IMG/VR virus record: IMGVR_UViG_3300037067_016944
DNA length: 64,000 bases
Direction: 5' to 3' (one strand)
Source: an uncultured virus (IMG/VR IMGVR_UViG_3300037067_016944)
Lineage: Duplodnaviria > Heunggongvirae > Uroviricota > Caudoviricetes
The notes below the pieces were generated by a model that worked only from the letters and a program-made list of their open reading frames with translations, made no database searches and was not told where the DNA came from. The translations under genes and the position numbers were made by a program. This document shows positions 19,577 through 29,769 of the stretch, one piece after another (the first letter of the stretch is position 1; every line of letters starts with the position of its first letter).

Positions 19577-19849
19577 TTAATGGCCGTTCGGAGTCGCATC
19601 GAGTAATACTTTGACCTTTTTTGGAGTTGCGCCCTCGATCAGACCGGTGCGTTCGATAGCAGCATTCAGGATTTGTCTAATTGCTATATATTCGCTAGAT
19701 TTCCTAAATACTTCCCTGGCTTCTCTGGTCGGATACGCAAGAGCAACTAAACCATCGATTGGGTTGAATAGAGCATTCGATAAGTCGGCCCAAGTCTCAA
19801 CAGATTGAGATAACGACAACGCTTGCTCTACTAATTGTCCCGGAGTCAT
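19577..19849 (-). CDS. hypothetical protein resembling a HicB-like antitoxin N-terminus without the DNA-binding tail
   Basis: WADLSNALF...GLIEGATPKK, recalled resemblance only; GGAGGAG RBS. Confidence 0.5.
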   Translation of the reverse strand: MTPGQLVEQALSLSQSVETWADLSNALFNPIDGLVALAYPTREAREVFRKSSEYIAIRQILNAAIERTGLIEGATPKKVKVLLDATPNGH

Positions 19850-20077
19850 GGCTCCTCCTAGATGGTACTAATCTTATCAGCTAGCTCCAGAGCCGTTGCT
19901 CTAATTGGCTTCAACTTTTCTGCAAGCAGGGTCTCAGCGATTTTTGCACCAGCCAAAAAAGCACCCTCGATCCTGTTGCGTAGAAATAGACCTTCTGCAG
20001 ATCCGGCGCAACTCCGTTGGCCTTCGTCGGACGCAAGCCACATATCACGTGCTTTCGCCAAATCAGATCGAAGCTCT

Positions 20078-21268
20078 TTAGCCATTTATTTCAATCGCCT
20101 CCTCTAACGGATGCCATGATAATTCGCCCATTTGCCGGTCGGCGTAAGTCGGCCCTCTACCAGTGATGACAACAGGAGCCAGTGTTTGTTTGATCATCTT
20201 CTTGAATTCGATGTAATCGACGTGTTTGGTCTCGCCATTTAGGACTGGAATCAAGCGATTCATGTGGTCGATACAACTCAAAGAGATGCTGTGTAGCTGC
20301 CCACCTAAAGCTGCCTTCGAATAAGCTAAGACATTCAAATCGAGCAGACCATACCTTATGCGCCCTTGCCACTCATTCGGCGGATTTCCGATATCGATAT
20401 TGAGTGCATCAGCCATCAGATTTTGGTCATAAGACAAGAACGTGCCCGCCCCGTGCCGCGTCAGATAAGGACGGATACAACCCATGACGTTGACTTCGGT
20501 GTCCGATCCCCGCAGCAATTCACCGGCATGTTTCAGCGTAACGGTCGACCAAGTTGTATATGGATGATAACCGTGGTTTTCGTCGAGAAGCATACCTTGT
20601 GCACCTTCGAAGACAGCCATTTTGAAATCTGGCATCTTCTCGACGACGTTGATCTTGAGTGAAGCGTCTATTAGATGGATATAGAGCGAATCTGGATCAA
20701 GACATTCGCCTACCGGCATACCAGCTTGCTCTGAGGCCCATTGTTGGATCTTCTTTAACTTGTCGATTGCGGTTCTACGCCCATTGATAGACAGAACCCG
20801 CAAATCCTTCATACGTAATGCGTCATCAGGACGAAGGATAGAATGTTCGCGTGTAGCACCTATTCCAAGGCCGCAAGATCCGTGCTTATCATCTCCTCTT
20901 TTGCGCTCTAGGGTTCTATTCAACGATTGGTGATAAGGAGTCGTGATAAGACACTCTTGATCGACGCTTAACAATTTCCACGGATTCAAACCAAGTTCGG
21001 AAAGATGATTTGCTTCATTCACCATGAAAAAAGGTGAAATAATGACATCAGGCCCCAAATAACTTGGTATATGATGCAGAGAGCCAGAGCCGAATTGGCT
21101 GAATGTATGATGCGTTCCATCCGGTAGCACCACGTTATGGGCGGCTTGGCATCCACCGCAATAGCGAACAACAAGGTCGGCCTGCAATTCTCTGCACAAA
21201 TAGTCACATGTGGCCCCCTTGCAGCAGTCACCGAATCCAAGTCCGATAGTAATGACGGCCCTTCTCAC
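20078..21268 (-). CDS. adenylosuccinate synthetase-like protein, vWA/kinase-associated type
   Basis: GLGFGDCCKG, GGCQAAHNV, HGSCGLGIG, FEGAQGMLLD, YLTRHGAG; start revised to GTG 21268. Confidence 0.85.
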   Translation of the reverse strand: MRRAVITIGLGFGDCCKGATCDYLCRELQADLVVRYCGGCQAAHNVVLPDGTHHTFSQFGSGSLHHIPSYLGPDVIISPFFMVNEANHLSELGLNPWKLLSVDQECLITTPYHQSLNRTLERKRGDDKHGSCGLGIGATREHSILRPDDALRMKDLRVLSINGRRTAIDKLKKIQQWASEQAGMPVGECLDPDSLYIHLIDASLKINVVEKMPDFKMAVFEGAQGMLLDENHGYHPYTTWSTVTLKHAGELLRGSDTEVNVMGCIRPYLTRHGAGTFLSYDQNLMADALNIDIGNPPNEWQGRIRYGLLDLNVLAYSKAALGGQLHSISLSCIDHMNRLIPVLNGETKHVDYIEFKKMIKQTLAPVVITGRGPTYADRQMGELSWHPLEEAIEING

Positions 21269-21301
21269 TTTACCATTGTCTCCATATCTCAAGAAACACA
21301 A

Positions 21302-21341
21302 GCGATTGCTAGCCTCCCGATTAAAGGAGGCTAGCAATCGC
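21302..21341 (-). terminator. 16-bp hairpin inside the operon (terminator or attenuator)
   Basis: GCGATTGCTAGCCTCC-8 nt-GGAGGCTAGCAATCGC, T-rich downstream on the minus strand. Confidence 0.6.
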
Positions 21342-21349
21342 GATTCGAG

Positions 21350-22330
21350 TTAGACCCTCGCCAATCCGGTTCCGGAAACGGAACCCTTGACCAATTTGTG
21401 GCCAGCCGAATCAGCCAACGGGACGAGTGCCTTGGTGATCGAGGCACGTCGATCCTTGGAAACACCGGCGTCATCGAGATTACGTCCAACCGAGTCGAGA
21501 TCGTAGCCCTCGGCAAGGCTGATCGTGCTCGCGATGACTTCACTGATGGCATCGGGATCATCGAGCCGTAGAACTTGCTGGCCGAGCAACTTCTGCCAGC
21601 CTTCCAACAACCACGGAGCGTTGTAGTGATTGGTGCCGCGTGGGATCAGGAAGTAGACGTCATACATCGTCTGCAACTCTTCCATGATTGTTTCGACCGG
21701 GATGTTCTCCTGCAGTGTATCGCCGATGAGTCGCTTGACTTCATCTGCTTTCACTTGCGGGTAGTACAACTCATCGCCGGTCAAGAAGAGATAGCCCTTC
21801 TTGTTCCGCTTCTCGAAACAATCGAGAGCAGTATGGCGGGCCATGAAGTACATGGCCAACTCGTAGCTCTCGGTGTTCTGCCCACCACCCTGGCCTTCCA
21901 GGTAGATGTTGGTCAAGCAGTCTTCGATCTCGATACCTGATTCGAATTGGCCAACTTGCAGTGGCGCAACTTCGCCGCCACCGCTCGCATCACCAAAAGC
22001 ACCGATCAAGACTTGCGGATGCTCGACAACGCCCTTCCGCATCAACAAGCCCATCAATTGCGGCAGTGCGGTCTGGAATTGCACCGGCACTCTCGCCATG
22101 GAGCCGGTTTCGTCGAACATGACGCCGATGGCGAGACTGGTCGGGTGAGCTTCGCTATCGCGACTTTCGCGAAACTTCACGCCGAACGGGTTCAACAAAT
22201 CGTTCACCTTTCTAGCACTGACAGGGGCCGATTTCATCGCACTGTCGTAGGCGAAAGTCGGCTTGCCGGTTGTGGCTCGCACTGTAGCACGATCTTTGTA
22301 ATGGTCGTCAGACCAACGGGTACCACCCAT
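21350..22330 (-). CDS. von Willebrand factor A (vWA) domain protein
   Basis: MIDAS-like DETGSM, QVGQFES, GQGGGQNTESYEL, LTGDE. Confidence 0.8.
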   Translation of the reverse strand: MGGTRWSDDHYKDRATVRATTGKPTFAYDSAMKSAPVSARKVNDLLNPFGVKFRESRDSEAHPTSLAIGVMFDETGSMARVPVQFQTALPQLMGLLMRKGVVEHPQVLIGAFGDASGGGEVAPLQVGQFESGIEIEDCLTNIYLEGQGGGQNTESYELAMYFMARHTALDCFEKRNKKGYLFLTGDELYYPQVKADEVKRLIGDTLQENIPVETIMEELQTMYDVYFLIPRGTNHYNAPWLLEGWQKLLGQQVLRLDDPDAISEVIASTISLAEGYDLDSVGRNLDDAGVSKDRRASITKALVPLADSAGHKLVKGSVSGTGLARV

Positions 22331-22368
22331 AGCAATCACTCCGTAAGGTTAAGGGAACTAGTGGTTAG

Positions 22369-23373
22369 TTACATCGGTAAAGCATCGTATCGCGGAGGTC
22401 CATAGACCTTCTTGAGTAAATGCCTCCATTCATCCAGAAGCTTCCAAGCATCTTGCGGTCTTTGCAGCGGCTTTGGATTAACACAAGATTCGAGGAATAC
22501 CAACAGTTGTGAAGGAATCGCGCCAGGTTCATGCTGCTTGCACATCTCCAACATCGTCTTTGCTGCTAAGAAGATATCAAGGCTTGGTGTCGCCGGATAT
22601 TGTTTTGTGATTTCAAGTTTTGGATACCATGGCTTGAAGGCCAATGGTAATACCGAAAGCTTTTGTTCCATGCGACAACTACTTGCCCAACTAATCAGCT
22701 TGCAACCGCGATTGATATTGTTGAATAAGAGATGTGTTGGAAGCACGGCGCAGTGCATGTAGTTGATGGTGTGTGCGAAGCCGAGAATTGTCAATGTCCG
22801 GTTGAACATCCAAGCGATATGTCTACCACCGACGCCCTTTGGGTACTTCGCCATGTAATCATTGATAGTATAAAAGCCATCGTAATGCTGCTGGGCTGCA
22901 ACGAGAAGCTCGTCATGTGTGAATAACTCGATCGGCTTCGCCAGATACTCGCTATATTTCCGATCGCCTGCTTGGACGCGCATATCGGCGAGTATTTTGG
23001 CCTCTTTTTCGATATATTCATTCGCTTCTTTGACATGAGCGACTTTTAGAATTACTGGTTTCGAGTCTCCACCTTTCTTCTGTGTGGCGAGATATGCTTT
23101 GGACACTTCACCACTACCAAGCTGCGGCCCAAGATGATATTCGAAGTCTGGAGAAGTCCAGATTGTTGGCGGTGTTTTCAATTCCTCGTGGCGTTTTTCG
23201 AGCAATGTGAAGACGTCTTTAGCGTGTTCCTTCACATCATCGGTGCTGGACGCGAAGCGGTCAGGATGGCAAATAAGTGCCCACTCGCGATAGGTCTTAT
23301 CTGGGTCGCCACCGAATAAATCTTGTGCGGTTTTAGCCGATTTTAGCAGCACTTCAAGTTGGTCGAGATTCAT
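22369..23373 (-). CDS. J-domain-like N-terminus plus divergent Ser/Thr kinase-fold protein
   Basis: HPD motif; GSGEVS Gly-loop; ILK lysine; HCAVLPTHLL replaces the HRD loop. Confidence 0.75.
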   Translation of the reverse strand: MNLDQLEVLLKSAKTAQDLFGGDPDKTYREWALICHPDRFASSTDDVKEHAKDVFTLLEKRHEELKTPPTIWTSPDFEYHLGPQLGSGEVSKAYLATQKKGGDSKPVILKVAHVKEANEYIEKEAKILADMRVQAGDRKYSEYLAKPIELFTHDELLVAAQQHYDGFYTINDYMAKYPKGVGGRHIAWMFNRTLTILGFAHTINYMHCAVLPTHLLFNNINRGCKLISWASSCRMEQKLSVLPLAFKPWYPKLEITKQYPATPSLDIFLAAKTMLEMCKQHEPGAIPSQLLVFLESCVNPKPLQRPQDAWKLLDEWRHLLKKVYGPPRYDALPM

Positions 23374-23405
23374 TCTACTCCTTTGTGTATCAAAGCCAAA
23401 GCTGG

Positions 23406-23416
23406 TTATAGCACGA
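23406..23416 (-). promoter_or_regulatory. TCGTGCTATAA promoter for the kinase/vWA/AdSS operon
   Basis: Exact motif about 30 nt upstream of ATG 23373. Confidence 0.65.
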
Positions 23417-23825
23417 CAACTATAAGCGATAAATTCACATCACGACTCATATCCGACAGGACTGAGCCCATCATCTATCAGCATATCAAGCTCATCTTGT
23501 GAAATAACACAGATCGATCTGTTTTTTATCGTCACATCGCTAATTTGGGTTATAGAACCGTTGTTGCAGTTCGTGACCTGCTCCAGTGTCCTGCTAACCC
23601 AATCGCCGTAGTAATCGCCGATTTCTCCGAGCAAGAAAGCAGCTACGGCGTCCGAAAATGAACACCGCGCAGTTTGTTGCGGATGATTAGTTCCCGATCC
23701 ATTAATGAACTTCCATGTTCCTATAGCATCCCATGGGTACACTTTAATGCCGGACCGCACGATATACAATACCATCGCGATCGGTAGCGTCGACTCCGTA
23801 ACTGGCGCATCCTTCGAAACGAACT

Positions 23826-24575
23826 TCATTTCTTCTTCTTTTTAGTTGGCTCTTTGCGGAAGCTGAATTTATCAAATCCTTTAATACTAACCATATCCTT
23901 ATCTGATGGCACCGGTATCGGCTTCTGCGGAGTCGCAAGCCCGCCAAGAAACATTGCGATTTCTTGATAGGCTGTTACGGTATCCTTCACCTTGAAGAAT
24001 TTATATTCCTTCAAGGAGCAGTTATAGCAGACATACCAGCCGTCGCGGCGAGCCTCAATCACGAAGATTGGATACTGGCTGAATAACTGTTGAACCTTAG
24101 CTGCTTGATCCTCTCGTTCCCATTCAGTGAAGAAAAGCTCGAATTCAGCACGTCTCGCTGACATATAATAGCGTCGGTGATAACGCTTACCCTTTTTGAG
24201 TGTCGCTTCATTGAATGTCTCTTGGGTTTTCTTATTGCACTTGGCCTTGATTATTTTGTCGATATCAGCGAGGCTGTAGCAGTAGGCTTCGACATCCTTT
24301 TCACAAGTGTTTGGATAATGCCAATACAACTTGAAGCAGGGATACACCTTGCCAGCAATACCGATAACAAAGAATTGCATGCCTGTTGGTAACTCACCGA
24401 TTCTGGTATAACCGCCGCTGCGGTCGGTGTCCGGCATTGGGAAGGGAGCCCGCTTTGTTTTGAGTTCGGTCGCCAACGGGAAATCGATCTTCTTACGAAT
24501 GTAGATGAGTTCTTGGTCCTGGCCGAAAGCCTGGGCGCAGTCGTAATAGTCATGAAAGTCTGATTTGATTCTCAT
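23826..24575 (-). CDS. phage hypothetical protein
   Basis: MRIKSDFHDYYD...GFDKFSFRK. Confidence 0.75.
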   Translation of the reverse strand: MRIKSDFHDYYDCAQAFGQDQELIYIRKKIDFPLATELKTKRAPFPMPDTDRSGGYTRIGELPTGMQFFVIGIAGKVYPCFKLYWHYPNTCEKDVEAYCYSLADIDKIIKAKCNKKTQETFNEATLKKGKRYHRRYYMSARRAEFELFFTEWEREDQAAKVQQLFSQYPIFVIEARRDGWYVCYNCSLKEYKFFKVKDTVTAYQEIAMFLGGLATPQKPIPVPSDKDMVSIKGFDKFSFRKEPTKKKKK

Positions 24576-24583
24576 GCTTCACC

Positions 24584-25249
24584 TTAGTTTGATGTCGATA
24601 TTTCGTCTACTGCTGTTTTGGTAGCTTTATCACTAATAATACTGTAAAGCAGCCCAGCTATATCGGCAGCAGCATCATTCTTTATTATTTCTGCAGTTCT
24701 TTCAGCAGTCAACCCGATGAATTTTGTCGCCACCATGCAATCGTTGCACACCAATAATACCGGTTCTTCTATTCCGATTGCCTTTTGCGTCTGTATGAAT
24801 TGCCATACGTCATATGGCACTCTTACTTTCGTGTTCTCACCGTGCCATATGACGTAAAAGAGGCATGCGATATTGGCCAGAGCACCAGCAATTTTTTGTA
24901 TGTCCGCAGCAAACGGGCTGATACATTTTCCGTGGACGATTTCGTGTTTCTTTATTTCGACCATCAACCGCATATACCATTCATCCTGTCGCATACCTTT
25001 CTTGTCACAAATCAGGCAATGAGGCTCTAAGCCGTGCGACTCTGCTTCTTTATGTTTAGCCTCTTCGCGTTTTACAGCTTTCTCCATTTCTGCATGTTTC
25101 TTTTGTACTATCCTTTCACATTCTCTCTTACTGGCTTCTGCCGTCCCTTCGTGCGAGCGGCAAGCCCTCTTACCATCACCAACATATAAAGTCTGCGATT
25201 TGTTGACTTCCTGACCGCAAACACAGCAAATAACTCTAGGTATCGGCAT
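24584..25249 (-). CDS. Cys-rich hypothetical protein
   Basis: Several CxxC motifs. Confidence 0.65.
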   Translation of the reverse strand: MPIPRVICCVCGQEVNKSQTLYVGDGKRACRSHEGTAEASKRECERIVQKKHAEMEKAVKREEAKHKEAESHGLEPHCLICDKKGMRQDEWYMRLMVEIKKHEIVHGKCISPFAADIQKIAGALANIACLFYVIWHGENTKVRVPYDVWQFIQTQKAIGIEEPVLLVCNDCMVATKFIGLTAERTAEIIKNDAAADIAGLLYSIISDKATKTAVDEISTSN

Positions 25250-26118
25250 TACTCTAACCCTAATGACAACAACGTGATTGACTCAAGGTTCGTCTCAATA
25301 TATTGGTAGTCTTGCTGCTGCAACACTGATTGAGCGGCTTCACAGACCTCTTGAGCAAGACCACGATAACGCTGCAGCAAATCGTTTTTGTATCGTTCAT
25401 AGTCTCTGATAATCGCACAAAGTAGGGCATGTTCGGTCGATTTGAATTTGCATCTGAACCCGTTCGCTTGCGTCCGCCACTTATAGATGTTCATGTAGTC
25501 GCGGATCATCAGATACTTATTATACGACCTGCTCGGATTGACTTGCAAGTCTTTGATGAGCAGTTGTAAATTGCGGTCTGATACCTTCGCACGTCGCAGT
25601 TTCTCATCAATACAACCATAATGAGCAAAACATACGTCCTGGATGAATGTGTAAGGCGATATTGCCCTGTCCGGTCCTGTGGCCTTCATGTCCTCTGGCA
25701 TTTCATGGATACAACCAACATATTGATAATGTGGTCGGTTCCGAAACAACCGCATACCCATCGCCGTCTTATTGCCGCCGAGCATTAGATGCTCTTGGGC
25801 TAAGACGTAAGCTTCGTAATAATCCGACTCACAAAGTGGTAATAGACCTTCAGGGTTGAAAAGAACTTCGTCAGCATCGATCTGTAAAATCCAATCGCCA
25901 GTCAACCCCTCTTTTGCTGCATTCCGTGCTTGTGCGAAGTCTTCGAATGGAATGATACGTATATGGCACCCGAGCGATTCTGCTATCTTGATCGACGAGT
26001 CGGTACTTCCGGTATCGGCGTAGACGATGGTTTTGGCAATCCCCTTAACCGATTTGATGCATCGGCTAAGATGGTCTTCTTCGTTCTTACCAATCATCGA
26101 CACAGTTATAGTCGCCAT
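25249..26118 (-). CDS. glycosyltransferase family 2
   Basis: MIGKNEE, DTGSTD, DFAQARN, IDADE, IHE, HYG; start revised to 26118. Confidence 0.85.
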   Translation of the reverse strand: MATITVSMIGKNEEDHLSRCIKSVKGIAKTIVYADTGSTDSSIKIAESLGCHIRIIPFEDFAQARNAAKEGLTGDWILQIDADEVLFNPEGLLPLCESDYYEAYVLAQEHLMLGGNKTAMGMRLFRNRPHYQYVGCIHEMPEDMKATGPDRAISPYTFIQDVCFAHYGCIDEKLRRAKVSDRNLQLLIKDLQVNPSRSYNKYLMIRDYMNIYKWRTQANGFRCKFKSTEHALLCAIIRDYERYKNDLLQRYRGLAQEVCEAAQSVLQQQDYQYIETNLESITLLSLGLE

Positions 26119-27103
26119 CAACCACCTGGTTTCTCTTCGGGCCATTTGTCGAGCCAAGCACCAAGGCCAAGTTGCCTTGCGGCTTTTTCCATCGTCGATC
26201 TTGGAATACACATCTTGTTTTCACCAGATATTTGGACTGCTAATTCCTCAATGTCCATCCTAATATAGTGTTGCAACGCCGACAAAAATATGACCGCATC
26301 GGTGTCGTAAGAGAATTCTTGCTTGAAATTGGTGAATGTGCCGCACGAAAGCTTTTTGGTACCTGACGGCTTCTTTTTCTTTGCCATTTACCGGCCTTTG
26401 ATATTCTTCTTCAATGTCCGTTCGCACAAATCATAAGCCGACACCAACTTGTCTTTCGGGACTCCATTTGGGAAAACACGTTCGTTGAAAAGCCTCTGTT
26501 GTTCTGGTGTGCAGCGATCCAATAGATCTGCAAGTTCACGACGCTGGAACTCTTCAGTTTTTATGCCAAGTGTTGCCATATTAACTATGAGCGAGACTAT
26601 CGTTTATTTCTGTTTGTGTGAGTTGTGTAATTTCGCGGTATATGATTTCAACTTCGACATAAATATGGCCTGGGTTTCCAGATTCTTCTATATGTCGCCA
26701 CTTCCACGCTACGACCGTTCTGATACCCTCCGACTGCCAATCATCGACACGTTCAAGTAGCTTATTCATCGCTTCTTCGCGATGAGGAGTGTTGATACGA
26801 TCGAAAAACACCTTGAATAATGTTCTCGTTCTCGTCATCGAGATACTTTGTGTCATGCTAGCCTTTCTTCACGACCACCGCTTTGTGCTCTCGACACCAA
26901 CGACGCCAGGTTTTAATGGAACATGCACCATCTGGGCGATATTCTGCCCCTCCGCTTTTCCACGGGCTGTAGTCAACTCTGAAGCGATCGACATGATTCA
27001 CTTCTCTGCCAATATCACAGCCGTTGGCAGAAACAATATCTCCTCGCCTCGGGTCTGTTAGTGGATTCTGTGCCATTCTACCCTACATGTGATTAAACTA
27101 TAG

Positions 27104-27190
27104 CGGAGGCTGCCGGAGTCGAACCGACAATACGGTGTTAACGTATGGCCGCTTTCAAGGCGGTGGGGCTTGCCAATGCCCAAAACCTCC
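27104..27190 (-). tRNA. tRNA-Ser (anticodon TGA), long variable arm, no encoded CCA
   Basis: GGAGGTT acceptor; CT-TGA-AA loop; GTCGG-TTCGACT-CCGGC T arm. Confidence 0.9.
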
Positions 27191-27194
27191 AAAG

Positions 27195-27268
27195 TACTCC
27201 CGGCCCGACTCGAACGGGCAGTCAGCGCTTTAGAAGAGCGCGGCATTATCCAATTATGCTACGGGAGC
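27195..27268 (-). tRNA. tRNA-Arg (anticodon TCT)
   Basis: GCTCCCG acceptor; GCGCT-CT-TCT-AA-AGCGC; TTCGAGT T loop. Confidence 0.92.
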
Positions 27269-27271
27269 CTA

Positions 27272-27649
27272 TCATTGTGCTCCCATATCCGGTGGGAGAC
27301 ACCATGCATCATCACGATGGTCGTCTTCTTCGATTGCTTCAGCTAAAGTCTGTGGTTGTTCATCAGCAATCCAGAACGTCGGAACAAACATGGCTTCTGG
27401 TTCAGTCTGTTCCGCGTTTTCTTCCTTGATTTTGGAGGTTGAATAGCTGACAGAAATCATACGCGACCAGTTGAATTTTCGATCACAACGACCACATTCA
27501 GTTTCACTGTCTTCTTCTCCACCGTTGCCGAAATCATAGCTTTCGCTGTGAACATAGCCGCAGTACGGGCAGACAATTTCTCTAGTGAATTCGTGGTCAA
27601 TTTCAGCCATTGCGACCCGTTTCTTTACAAAACCAGACTCTTGAATCAA
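27272..27649 (-). CDS. zinc-ribbon hypothetical protein
   Basis: CPYC...CGRC; true start probably about 27610. Confidence 0.65.
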   Translation of the reverse strand: MIQESGFVKKRVAMAEIDHEFTREIVCPYCGYVHSESYDFGNGGEEDSETECGRCDRKFNWSRMISVSYSTSKIKEENAEQTEPEAMFVPTFWIADEQPQTLAEAIEEDDHRDDAWCLPPDMGAQ

Positions 27650-28202
27650 CCCTGTTCTCGATTCTTGCCACGAACTCTACAATCTCATCAGCAATATCTG
27701 GTGCGTTGTCTTTGTTCGCACCGCCGCGAAGCGATTCATAGAAAGCAGCGGTTATTTGGGTTGTGAAGTTTACGGCGTGAAAATTTGGATGGTTTTCGAT
27801 GCTCATTCTTCTCTTCTCCTGCTATTGGTCGATATCCGACAAAATCACCACAGACCTTGCATGTAGTCCTGATCATTCGCCCATCTCTGGTCACTACGTC
27901 AACGAAGTTCTTCGGATCAGAACACATCGAGTCGGGATCGAGGATTTCGTGAATGGTCATCATCAAATCTTCGGTGATTGGTGTACTGGAAGACCATCCT
28001 TTTTGGGAACTTTGTGTTCAATAAAAAGTAGAGCAACTTCTTCAAAGTCGTTGTGACATTCCGCACACCCACTACCATTACATGATGAATTGCCACATTT
28101 TTCACATTTTATAGCTGGACAATTACACAACTCACACCAGAACCACCTGCCCTCAAATTTGTCAGCCATGTTGTTCATTTGTGGCACAATTGCCACAGAG
28201 CA

Positions 28203-28502
28203 TTATTTCGTTTTCTTGATTTTCGGTTCTGGTGGCCATTGGACCAAGACTGGTTGGCCTTTAATCCACTCTGAGCCACACTGTCGCCATTTCTCGATAA
28301 CCGACATCCATTGTGCTATATCTTCTGGACCCATCCCTCTTTCGAGGAAATATTGGGTGGTCGAGACGCCTTGTGAGAAGCCACGACGAAAGGCTTTCTC
28401 AACGTCGGCTGGTACCAATGCCCCAGGTGCGGCATCGTCCCCTAATTTCCAAGCGGGATTATTCTTCGCTTTAACTTGCGGAGATATATATTTCTTTGTC
28501 AT
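28203..28502 (-). CDS. hypothetical protein
   Basis: AGGAG RBS; promoter motif at 28520-28530. Confidence 0.65.
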   Translation of the reverse strand: MTKKYISPQVKAKNNPAWKLGDDAAPGALVPADVEKAFRRGFSQGVSTTQYFLERGMGPEDIAQWMSVIEKWRQCGSEWIKGQPVLVQWPPEPKIKKTK

Positions 28503-28551
28503 AATGTCTCTCCTGTTCGTTATAGCACGAAGAAGCTGAACGGTAAATTAG

Positions 28552-28624
28552 AGCCGGTGGTGGGAATCGGACCCACTACCCTCAGTTTACAAAACTGATG
28601 CTCTACCAAATGAGCTACACCGGC
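28552..28624 (-). tRNA. tRNA-Thr (anticodon TGT), atypical T loop TCCGATT
   Basis: GCCGGTG/CACCGGC acceptor; TCAGT-TT-TGT-AA-ACTGA. Confidence 0.88.
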
Positions 28625-28636
28625 TTACATCTCAAG

Positions 28637-28709
28637 TAGTCCCGGCTGGATTCGCACCAGCGACCAAGCGATTATGAGTCGCGCGCTCTCACTACTGAGC
28701 TACGGGACC
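28637..28709 (-). tRNA. tRNA with CAT anticodon, likely Ile2 (lysidine type) rather than Met
   Basis: GCGACTCATAATCGCTTGGTCGCTGG closely resembles bacterial ileX as recalled; T loop TGCGAAT. Confidence 0.85.
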
Positions 28710-28717
28710 ATTTTTAT

Positions 28718-29146
28718 TTAAATACTTGGAATTATCCCTTTCAACAGTACAATACCGACAGCGAGATGGATAAATTGGTCTATAGCTATTCTATTCCAAA
28801 ACTGTTTCTCGCCATACGGTATATCAGTTTTGGGGCGGAATGTGCTCCAAACAATTCGGTCTTGGGCTCCGTGCAATAGCCCATAGGCACAAGATACTAA
28901 AATTGCTTGTCTTGGAGTAAAAACGCAAAACGACGGAATTGAGAAACCAATAGTAACGATTACAGTGTGAATGATGATAGCAACCAGATTTTTTGATTTG
29001 TTTATAGCGACCCAACGAGGCTGCAAAATCCAGTCGAATAGGAAATGCTGGATTAGTAGTAAAAATAACACTGTCAACCTAATGTCATTAGTCATCGCTA
29101 CAGACATTAGTAAAGTTTGGGCATGTTTTGTCGTGTCGCGGATCAA
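28718..29146 (-). CDS. DUF3307-like membrane protein
   Basis: HFLFDWILQ, HGAQD, IDQFIH and hydrophobic segments. Confidence 0.7.
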   Translation of the reverse strand: MIRDTTKHAQTLLMSVAMTNDIRLTVLFLLLIQHFLFDWILQPRWVAINKSKNLVAIIIHTVIVTIGFSIPSFCVFTPRQAILVSCAYGLLHGAQDRIVWSTFRPKTDIPYGEKQFWNRIAIDQFIHLAVGIVLLKGIIPSI

Positions 29147-29706
29147 TATTATTACAAAGAGGGCATCGTCCTATTTTTAAAATTGCCAATATCTCATCAA
29201 GCGAAAATGGTCGCCATTCTCCGAGTAGCACAAAAGCGTTGTCTATTCCAACATCCATCGCTCTTCTTCCTGGAAAATGTTCGTTCAAGAATGCTTCACT
29301 CCTACCATGAGAATGACCATACAAGTGAATCGACTTAGCTTTTTCGCGTCCTCTCCAAGAGAATATCGGATAATGTGCAAGATGAAACCGTATGCCGTCG
29401 ATCTTCGGATAATCTATCTCTTTGTATGATGAGACATGATTAATAAGAAATCTGGCATCATGATTTCCAGCGACGACATGAATTTTGCGAACTTTTAGTT
29501 TCGCACGGTAGTAGCCAGCCCAGCTAGCACCCCAAATCCAATCGCCAAGAATACGAAGCTCATCATTCGGCTTCACCACGCGATTGCATTCGCTGATGAA
29601 GCGCTCACCCATTTGCTCGATATCAAGAAATTGGGCTGCTCTCGCTGGTGTATGCTTTAGTATGTTAGAATGTCTAAAGATGCCAGTCTGCTGTAAAGTA
29701 GATCAT
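29088..29706 (-). pseudogene. calcineurin-like metallophosphoesterase split by a +1 frameshift after codon 10 (pseudogene, sequence error or programmed shift)
   Basis: MIYFTADWHL then TAG at 29674-29676; the +1 frame reads RHSNILKH... into GDW, GNHD, HYP, GHSH, MDVG. Confidence 0.75.
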
Positions 29707-29769
29707 GGCTAAACCTCCTCTCCATAATCTTTCCGATCAAATTTACACAGGATAGGAAAGAGGAACATT

